In this document: positions 56,502 through 64,000 of the stretch, piece by piece | Layout: each line of letters begins with the position of its first letter | Numbering within the stretch: position 1 is the first letter of the stretch | Origin: an uncultured virus (IMG/VR IMGVR_UViG_2875535316_000004) | Lineage: Duplodnaviria > Heunggongvirae > Uroviricota > Caudoviricetes | IMG/VR virus record: IMGVR_UViG_2875535316_000004 | Strand: one strand, 5' to 3' | Length of the DNA stretch: 64,000 bases | Translations under genes and position numbers: made by a program | Notes under the pieces: generated by a model | The model's database searches: none | Seen by the model: the letters and a program-made list of their open reading frames with translations, nothing else | Told to the model about the DNA's origin: nothing

Positions 56502-57563
56502 ATGCGCCCCCGGAGCACAGAGAACAGGGATTTGCCGCCGGGCGTGTACCGGCGCAAGCGCACCAGTAAAAGCAAGAAGAACCCCGACAAGGCGTGGATC
56601 AGCTACTACTACCGCGACAAGGACGGAAAGGAAATCCCCCTGGGCACAGACCTGAGCCTGGCCAGAATGAAATGGGCAGAGCTGGAAGCCCGTGAAAAAC
56701 CGCGTGACTTGCTTCTGATGGGGGCGATCTTTGATCGCTATGAGCGAGACATTATCCCCAAGAAGGGCGAGCGCACGCAGAAAGACAACCTGGCGGAGCT
56801 CCGCCAGTTGCGGCCGTTCTTTGAGAAGGCCCCGATTGAAGCAATTTCGCCAGCGCTTGTAGCTCAGTATCGAGACGCCCGGTCGGCGCCGGTACGCGCA
56901 AACAGGGAAATCGCCCTGCTCTCCCACTTTTACAACATGGCGCGGGAATGGGGCCTGACGATGAAAGAGAACCCCTGTCAGGGTGTTCGCAAGAACAAGG
57001 AGGCTCCACGGGACTTCTATGCGAACGATGCGATCTGGAGCGCGGTTTACGCGAAAGCAGTGGGTGAGCTAAAGGATGCCATGGACCTGGCGTATTTGAC
57101 CGGCCAGCGTCCGGCGGACGTGCTGGTGATGAGGAGGGATGACATCGAGGATAAAGCCCTCGGCGTAAAACAGAAGAAGACCCACAAGAAGCTGAGGATC
57201 ATGCTTGAGGTGGACGGGGTTGAAAGCGGCTTGGGTGCGTTGATCAGGAAAATGTTGGCGCGGAACGCGCCGCATGGATCGCCATACCTGCTTCTGACCG
57301 AGTCAGGAAAACGCGTAACCGCCGCCATGCTCCGACATCGCTGGGACGATGCCCGGGAGGAAGCAGTGAAGGAAGCAGTAGCCGCTGGCGACCAGGTTCT
57401 GGCTGGCCGTATCAGCCAGTTCCAATTCCGAGACATCCGCCCCAAAGCAGCGTCCGAAATCGTCGATGTCGACCACGCCAGCCTGCTGCTGGGCCACACT
57501 AAGGGCGACATTACCGAGCGGGTTTATCGCCGAGTTGGAGCCTTGGCGAAACCCACCAAGTAG
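56502..57563 (+). CDS. int: prophage integrase
   Basis: TGQR, RDIRPKAAS, LLGH, VY; adjacent to att. Confidence 0.92.
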   Translation: MRPRSTENRDLPPGVYRRKRTSKSKKNPDKAWISYYYRDKDGKEIPLGTDLSLARMKWAELEAREKPRDLLLMGAIFDRYERDIIPKKGERTQKDNLAELRQLRPFFEKAPIEAISPALVAQYRDARSAPVRANREIALLSHFYNMAREWGLTMKENPCQGVRKNKEAPRDFYANDAIWSAVYAKAVGELKDAMDLAYLTGQRPADVLVMRRDDIEDKALGVKQKKTHKKLRIMLEVDGVESGLGALIRKMLARNAPHGSPYLLLTESGKRVTAAMLRHRWDDAREEAVKEAVAAGDQVLAGRISQFQFRDIRPKAASEIVDVDHASLLLGHTKGDITERVYRRVGALAKPTK

Positions 57564-57629
57564 GAAAGTATCGGAAGCGCTTCCGATATAAACCATTCCC
57601 AAGGGTGTTCCCATGGGTAGTTTTTCTAT

Positions 57630-57697
57630 GCCCCAGAAACGCAAAAAGCCCTGAATAATCAGGGCTTTAAATATGGCGGAAGCGTAGAGATTCGAAC
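57630..57697. repeat. att direct repeat, right copy (tRNA-Ser T-loop to CCA plus hairpin)
   Basis: Matches 296-363; tRNA homology stops at the T-loop. Confidence 0.95.
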
Positions 57698-58703
57698 CAT
57701 TATCAAAGGTTCTTCCCTGTATCCTGCATAATTTAATGAGTCTGCTACACCACATTGCGACGCTGAAGATAGCAAATCTGGGTGCTTGGCGCAATCCTCA
57801 CAGCATCAGCAAATATGCATCTGGATGCATGTTTGGGTCAATATATCCAAATTCGCGATCACCGGACTTTGGTAGACGGATTACGCACCACCAGCATCCA
57901 TACACTCAGTGACCTAGCACTGTAGGTATCTGTGCCAACCATACAGTTGAGGGAATCAAGACATGCCTGAAGCTGACGAGCCATAGAGAATTGGTGTGCT
58001 CCATTTGGGAGCCGAACGTTATATGACGTAGCCTCGCCGCAACGCGCACCGATCCGCGAGCAGCGGTGAGCAGCCCTTCCCCGCCCAGCTAGGCTTTCGC
58101 TTTCGGGTGCCCACACCACGTCAAAAACTAATATTGATATCTCTGGCGTGGCGCCCTGGACGAAATGGCACAGGTGACCAGCTCCAGTCATTTTTCGTAC
58201 GGATGGCTACCTGCATTCAGACGGTGACCGAAAACGTACGCCTCAGTTCTCGTGCCTAGCCTGGCAGGTGAATCCAAAGCTCATGCACCATCAGGTGAAG
58301 ACGCTCTCTCAGCTCCAATCGAACGCTCAGTCGACTTCAGGTATCCGCTCTGAATATCATCAAGCGACCGTGCGGGCCTTGTCTCTGCGTAATAACTCCA
58401 TGTTGTCATGAGAAATCCTGACTATATGGCCGGTGCTCTACACGCTTAGCCGGCCCAAGCGGATACCAAAATTCATTGGCCGCAGCGGACAGAACATAAA
58501 TGGGAAAAACCTTATAGAACACCAAATGTACTATTTCCAGCCACACCGCACTCAAACCCCTATTAATCGCGGGATCTAAACACCACAAAATAGTACACCA
58601 CGCGCACTATTACTTTAACTTATAAGCTCAACAACAATTACCACTTGCACGCAACAAGCGCAGCTGGAATCATCCCTGCCTTTTCTGTCGGGATGAGCTC
58701 ACA

Positions 58704-60155
58704 ATGGAATACCAAAAATTTATCAGCAAGTTTGAATACAAGCTATGGCTGAAGCTAATTCCAACTGTGAGAAACGGGCGAAAAACTTTTAGATTCGCTT
58801 CACTAAATAACATGCAAGACCAATTCCTAGACAACTGGGTATATAAACTCAGTCGAGACTATTCGTATCGCACAGTCAAAACTTACTGCTATGCCATAAA
58901 AACTTTTTTAATTTATATCTATACCCTAATCGATCTGGAAGGCGGCATTAGCAATCAACGACTTCAAGAAGCCTTACACAGCTATGAAAGCTACCTTGTA
59001 TTTGGCGTCTCAAGCGATTCTGAGATTGCAAAAAAAGTAGCAATGATAGTAGGTAGCCCCATGCTCGTAGCTGCCTCCGTAATTACAAACCTAGCTGCAG
59101 TCAACAAGTTCATTGATGCTAGCGAGCAACTTCGCCGCGCTCTTGACGAGCTGGAATCTAAAGGCGCTATCGTCTCACGAGACCTTGTGGGTTTTTCACT
59201 TGAGACCTCTGTCGGCACATCTGTCACCAGCACTGTTAGAGCTGCTCTAAGACGCAACACATGGCTTGGAGCATGTATTGCTGGAGGCGCTCATAGAATA
59301 AAGCGAGCTGGCCTTCGCGCAGAATCAAGAGTTCCTGAAATCGCTTACATGGATGAGTTTGGCGGTGATGAGAAGGCATTCCCAATTGATAAATGCGCTG
59401 AATTGATCGATTCGGCACCATCACTTAGAGATAAAGTCCTTTGGAGTCTGACTGCTGCAAGCGGGTGCCGTATCTCAGAAGCACTGAACATGCTGAAAGA
59501 TGACATTGTCTTTAAAGAAAAAGAGCTACACGAGAAAAAAATATTTATAGTCGACCCTGCTACTCGCAGGGACAAGCTCATCGAATACATTCCGGAAACC
59601 ACAATCAATGAACTATCGTATAAAGGCCGCGACAAACCTGACACGTTCTTGATTGAGCCGTTTGCCTCGATCTTCTGGATGCACTTGGCTGAGTATCTTA
59701 TTGAAGAAAAGAACAAAGACAGACTACGAGGAGGGACTTGCCACCACTCGTTTCTAATTCGAAGCATTACAGAGGGTACGCCGATGTGTCTTTCCTACCA
59801 ATCACTAATAGAAAGATTTCAAAAAGTTGCCCTTAAGATTGCGGGTAGGAAATATGGTTTTCATAGTCTTAGACACATGTATGGTTATTACTTGGCTAAT
59901 CACTGCCCAAACCCGAACCCTAACAATCGTCGAGCATTTGGCCTGGATTTACATTTAGTGAAGCAGTACATGGGGCATCGAGACATCGCCACAACTAAGA
60001 AATACGCTAGAGAGGACGCCCAGATGCTCCACGCAGCAATGGCTGCATCTAACCTGATTAGAATGGGCGGTGGCCCTCAGACAGTAAGACAAACACAAAT
60101 TATTTTCTTAAAGCAAGAACTCCAACGTCTTGAAAAACTGGAAGAAGCCGCATGA
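58704..60155 (+). CDS. tyrosine recombinase (GmtY/TnpA-like)
   Basis: LRD..SGCRISEAL, HSLRH, MGH, TTKKY. Confidence 0.88.
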   Translation: MEYQKFISKFEYKLWLKLIPTVRNGRKTFRFASLNNMQDQFLDNWVYKLSRDYSYRTVKTYCYAIKTFLIYIYTLIDLEGGISNQRLQEALHSYESYLVFGVSSDSEIAKKVAMIVGSPMLVAASVITNLAAVNKFIDASEQLRRALDELESKGAIVSRDLVGFSLETSVGTSVTSTVRAALRRNTWLGACIAGGAHRIKRAGLRAESRVPEIAYMDEFGGDEKAFPIDKCAELIDSAPSLRDKVLWSLTAASGCRISEALNMLKDDIVFKEKELHEKKIFIVDPATRRDKLIEYIPETTINELSYKGRDKPDTFLIEPFASIFWMHLAEYLIEEKNKDRLRGGTCHHSFLIRSITEGTPMCLSYQSLIERFQKVALKIAGRKYGFHSLRHMYGYYLANHCPNPNPNNRRAFGLDLHLVKQYMGHRDIATTKKYAREDAQMLHAAMAASNLIRMGGGPQTVRQTQIIFLKQELQRLEKLEEAA

Positions 60156-63100
60156 TACACCTATCCGCGACAACCCCTTTATGGCTCATAGAACCTCATC
60201 AAGTTACATTAGCGTTTGTAGAGGCCATCAGCGAGGTAAGATCCATTTATCGCAAATCTTATCCAGAAGCAAATAGAAATACTTCTTATAAAAAAGTTAT
60301 TAATGCTCTCGATTCAATTGGGCCAATCACGACACGCACTTGGAACTTAAGCCAGATATCTGAAATCATGGGTTGCTGTTTCTGGGGAGGGAATAAGCTT
60401 AATTCACTCCCGGAGTTCAAAAATCGCAAAAACGCATGCAATGCACTAACAAGCTTTTTCAAGTGTACCTTTATTCTTATGTGGGGAAAAAAGCAAGTGA
60501 TGCTTCCCCTAAACTTCAACCTACCCGTCAATCAAGACGCAGTCCTCGATCTAGTAACTGAAAAATGCAACTCCAGGTCATTGGAGCTCGCCCGGTGTGT
60601 CAACCCAAACTCTAAGCTCGTATACAAAGGCACTATGACAAAAGAAGAGCGAGTGCTTCGTGCCAACGCTTGGAATCGTGCAATCCTGTCAACCAACGTT
60701 TACCAACCAGAAGACCTTAGCGCCGAGGACATTCGAGAACTATATTGGGCTAGCACCGGGGCGCGCGGCTCAGTGCTACAGCGGTATTACATCAAAGATC
60801 TTCTCACGTATCTTGGAAAGCATGGTTCCAAAGCAAATGCAGTAACCAGTTTCCTAGAAGCTGAGCATGACGCCAAGGCGGATCAAAAACTTCTAATCTC
60901 AGATATCATCGAAAAAGATAAAGCCGACGCACGCCGAAAAGCGATATCTGATCACACCCTGCTCTTTTTGCAAAGTAAAAATCACACTGTTGAACAACTT
61001 GCGGAGTACTACAGCAGCACTGCATTGATCCGAAAAAGCTTTACCATCCCTGATAACCACGACCTCAATAACATTAGAGGCTTACCGCCAGGTTACAAAT
61101 ACACTACAAAAGAGATTCGCAACCTCTGCATGCTAGTAAGTAAAACTTACGCAAGCCTTGATCGTAAAAACCAACATCAAAACCCTCGAAACCGAAGAGC
61201 ATCCCTGCAGTTTTTATTGTGCTATTGCGCCTTATACCTTTATGCATTTTACAAAAACCGAGACGGGCATCTCGAAAACTACCCGAAAACCCTTAATGAT
61301 CTTTTCCAGCCATGTCACTTCACTGCTGATAGCGAGTTACTAGAGGGAATTACTGAATATGAAATTAAGCAACCGCAGACCTACCTTGAGTACTTTGACT
61401 ATATATGTGAAATCAACAAATGGAGTCCAGAAACTCGAAATCAGAGAATAGGCCACATCGAGGATCTCCATGTTTATATCGAGACAAACAATCTGGCACT
61501 ACCACACGCAGATAAGGTACGAAACTCTTTTAACAAGACTCATTATGCCAGAATAAAGCGTCGTAGCGGCACAATTAAAAAGTCAATTCCAAGGGTTTAC
61601 TTTGCCACCTTCATCAGCATGCTTTATTCATTGGAATACTTAGTTATGCATTTAAATGAAATGGCTTCAGGCACGATGCCGGGCGTATTAAATGACACTC
61701 TTGTTATGTTATCGGCATCGACCCTTTCCACTGATCCGCTATGGGATGGGCTCTGGGGAAAGGGTGAGCTATCTTGCGAGCCTGTTGACTTGAGTGTATT
61801 GAATTACTGCCCAATCGTTTATCACGACGACAAGCCTCACCCTCTGCTTTACATTCCAAGATTCTACCGAATTACTCGCATGAATGTAAAAATGCCAACC
61901 AATACTGGCGAAATAGCCCATGTAAACGAGCCTAGAGTCATAACAAATGATATCCGCTTAACGCAACTAATGTGTGAAACAGGCATTCGCCAGCACCATT
62001 TGATCTGGTTGGATAGAGACGCGTATGACAAGTATGTCCCTGACAGTAAAAATCGACCTCTCGCTCCGCTGTACGTAAGCACCGACAAGGCTCACGGCCC
62101 TTGGAGCGCAATTATTTCACGGTACGTCCTAGATTTATTGGGGCGACAACGCGATTGGTACGATAGCTGTTCGGATCCTAGTTTCGACGACAAGCTGTGG
62201 TATGGAAATCAAAAGGACTCTCCATTTGGAATGCTAAGACCACTGTTCCGAACTCAACAATCTCCTGGATCTTGGACAAACTACCGCAGCTTTCGTCTGC
62301 TACTGGTCGGCATGCAGTATCTTATCCGAATTCAGTTCAAGGACACCAAAACGCGAGAGCTGATTAAGTTTAAGTATGAACGAGGTATCCCCCCCACTTC
62401 AATCGCACACCTTGAAATAGACGACCTCGCCAAGTTGTCACACTTAAAGCTAAATAGCGATATTACACCGCATGGACTTAGGGCCGGATTCGTGTCTGAA
62501 GCCATAAAATTCCTTCCGCCCTCCCTCATTGGACGGTACTTCACGGGGCAGAGTGAAAACCTCGTGTACTACTATCTACTCCTTCACGATGAAGGCGCGC
62601 TCAGCCATGACGAAATGCTATGCGAGATGCTAATGCGTAATCAAAGCAGGGTAATGGATGGGAATGCGCCACTAATGGCCAAAACCATTATTGAGCTCAA
62701 CATGCGCTTACAGAAAGCCATTCTCACAAATCCAGACGAAGCTATTACAACGCATAGACTAATGAGTTTGTCACGCATCAAAAAAGCCCCTAACGGCCTT
62801 GATCTCATCAGAGCCAAAGATGTAACTGAGTTTGCCTTTAACGCCACACATATCTGCCCATTCAATAACACATGCCCTCAAGAAGTTATCCAAATGCTAG
62901 GGGCAACGAATGCATGCGCTCTTTGCCCCTATGCCGTAAGAGGCGTCGAACACATTCCTGCTATCGGGGCTCAAAAAGACCAGTATAAGGAATTTATGGT
63001 AGGCATTCTCACAATGATTCAGGAATTGCTTCGTCGAAAGCCGGATCAGCGAAGTGAGGAAGACATGGAAAAGCTTGAACGTGAGCACGATCATTATGCG

Positions 63101-63547
63101 CGTCAGGCCGTAATGCTTGAGGCCCTCGAGCTACAACTAATCGAAATGACTAATAACGGTCAAGCTAACGCTTTGATTGCGAAAAATGGTCAAGAAATAA
63201 TCGGGCACTATAAAAAAATACAAATCGATTCTGACTCCAAGCTTTTGAAGAGGATCATTGATACTCAAAACTTCCCAGACCTTACCAGCCCCGACCTGGA
63301 CTGCAGGCTTTCTGTGCTTCGGGGAACGTTGCTTATGTATCAAGGAGACATGAGAGAACATCTAAAAATAGGACAACATGATGATTTCACACCTTCCTCC
63401 AAGGCAGCCACTCTGATTTCAAGCCTAGTGCGAAATGAATCCATGAGCACGATGGAAATTTATAAGATCTGCGCATCCGCTGAGCAAATTTATCGAACTG
63501 AAATAAAACCAACCGCCGTAATCTCAAAATATTTGAGCGCAAGCTAA
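60152..63547 (+). CDS. large tyrosine recombinase-like protein (GmtZ/VPA1269-like)
   Basis: ETGIR, TDK, PHGLRAGF, GQ..YYY, Cys cluster CP..CP..CALCPY; ATGA-coupled. Confidence 0.78.
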   Translation: MIHLSATTPLWLIEPHQVTLAFVEAISEVRSIYRKSYPEANRNTSYKKVINALDSIGPITTRTWNLSQISEIMGCCFWGGNKLNSLPEFKNRKNACNALTSFFKCTFILMWGKKQVMLPLNFNLPVNQDAVLDLVTEKCNSRSLELARCVNPNSKLVYKGTMTKEERVLRANAWNRAILSTNVYQPEDLSAEDIRELYWASTGARGSVLQRYYIKDLLTYLGKHGSKANAVTSFLEAEHDAKADQKLLISDIIEKDKADARRKAISDHTLLFLQSKNHTVEQLAEYYSSTALIRKSFTIPDNHDLNNIRGLPPGYKYTTKEIRNLCMLVSKTYASLDRKNQHQNPRNRRASLQFLLCYCALYLYAFYKNRDGHLENYPKTLNDLFQPCHFTADSELLEGITEYEIKQPQTYLEYFDYICEINKWSPETRNQRIGHIEDLHVYIETNNLALPHADKVRNSFNKTHYARIKRRSGTIKKSIPRVYFATFISMLYSLEYLVMHLNEMASGTMPGVLNDTLVMLSASTLSTDPLWDGLWGKGELSCEPVDLSVLNYCPIVYHDDKPHPLLYIPRFYRITRMNVKMPTNTGEIAHVNEPRVITNDIRLTQLMCETGIRQHHLIWLDRDAYDKYVPDSKNRPLAPLYVSTDKAHGPWSAIISRYVLDLLGRQRDWYDSCSDPSFDDKLWYGNQKDSPFGMLRPLFRTQQSPGSWTNYRSFRLLLVGMQYLIRIQFKDTKTRELIKFKYERGIPPTSIAHLEIDDLAKLSHLKLNSDITPHGLRAGFVSEAIKFLPPSLIGRYFTGQSENLVYYYLLLHDEGALSHDEMLCEMLMRNQSRVMDGNAPLMAKTIIELNMRLQKAILTNPDEAITTHRLMSLSRIKKAPNGLDLIRAKDVTEFAFNATHICPFNNTCPQEVIQMLGATNACALCPYAVRGVEHIPAIGAQKDQYKEFMVGILTMIQELLRRKPDQRSEEDMEKLEREHDHYARQAVMLEALELQLIEMTNNGQANALIAKNGQEIIGHYKKIQIDSDSKLLKRIIDTQNFPDLTSPDLDCRLSVLRGTLLMYQGDMREHLKIGQHDDFTPSSKAATLISSLVRNESMSTMEIYKICASAEQIYRTEIKPTAVISKYLSAS

Positions 63548-63563
63548 GATTAAGGATAACACT

Positions 63564-64000
63564 ATGAAATCCTCGGATAAGTCTAGGTTTACGGCTTATA
63601 TCAACAGACGTACAGAGCACAATGAAAAGCTCCTGACTGTGGCGCTCCGCACCCTCGACCCAGAGAAGCACGATGATATAACTTCATACTGCAAAGCTCT
63701 GAGCTTGATAATTTCCGAACTGAGATTGGCAAAGTCGAGTGATGGGGGATCGCCATATCACGGCCGGCAAGTTCGCTCGCAAAGCTACACTACGTTGCTG
63801 CGCAACCCTGCATATAGAAAATTGATTGAAGCCAAATTCTTTCAAGATGCACATCTGCCGACCGCTCCAATCAGCGAGGACATTGAATACTTGCACCTTG
63901 AAATCACTCGACTCCAAGCCGAAAACAATCTACTGACAAACAAGGTGCTGCGCCTCGACTCGAAAAGCACTCACCAAGATATTGAAAACAATTACAGCAC
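63564..64000 (+). CDS. third triad protein (GmtX/TnpC-like), truncated by window end
   Basis: AAGGA RBS; MKSSDKSRF...TLLRNPAYRKLIE...LQAENNLL coiled coil; open to window end; not in ORF track. Confidence 0.65.
   Translation, partial: MKSSDKSRFTAYINRRTEHNEKLLTVALRTLDPEKHDDITSYCKALSLIISELRLAKSSDGGSPYHGRQVRSQSYTTLLRNPAYRKLIEAKFFQDAHLPTAPISEDIEYLHLEITRLQAENNLLTNKVLRLDSKSTHQDIENNYS

Larger units (their letters stand above)
296..57697. mobile_element. lambdoid prophage integrated at tRNA-Ser
   Basis: Full head/tail/lysis/replication/immunity/int-xis gene set between 68-bp direct repeats containing the tRNA 3' end. Confidence 0.95.
57698..64000. mobile_element. second integrative element with recombinase triad (partial)
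   Basis: Abrupt AT-richer composition; tRNA truncated at T-loop; two tyrosine recombinases plus third ORF. Confidence 0.75.

Noticed and set aside
57859..58588. Minus-strand ORFs of 110 and 60 aa
   Set aside because: No clear RBS or recognisable motifs

Overview
Pseudomonas-like (putida/fluorescens-type) DNA. Nearly the whole window (296-57697) is an apparently complete lambdoid prophage with an HK97-type head and a lambda-type tail. It is bounded by a 68-bp direct repeat containing the 3' end of tRNA-Ser(UGA). On the minus strand lie the lysis genes, tail, head, terminase/HNH, Q-like, nin and replication genes and cro. On the plus strand lie cI, an accessory block, a structured pL leader, early genes, xis and int. 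A complete class IIC group II intron (4183-6060) sits between a late terminator and the endolysin RBS. Accessory content includes an acyltransferase-3 moron, a GHKL-ATPase/PD-(D/E)XK nuclease candidate defence gene, a C5 methyltransferase, a DHH phosphoesterase, an unlisted Rmf-like ORF, two C4-like structured RNAs and two identical ColR-box-type promoter/short RNA/terminator units. Right of the prophage a second, AT-richer element begins at the tRNA T-loop. It encodes two tandem tyrosine recombinases plus a third ORF, resembling a gamma-mobile-trio (GmtY/Z/X) or Tn554-type triad, and runs off the window. All calls come from reading the sequence and recalling motifs; no database searches were run.
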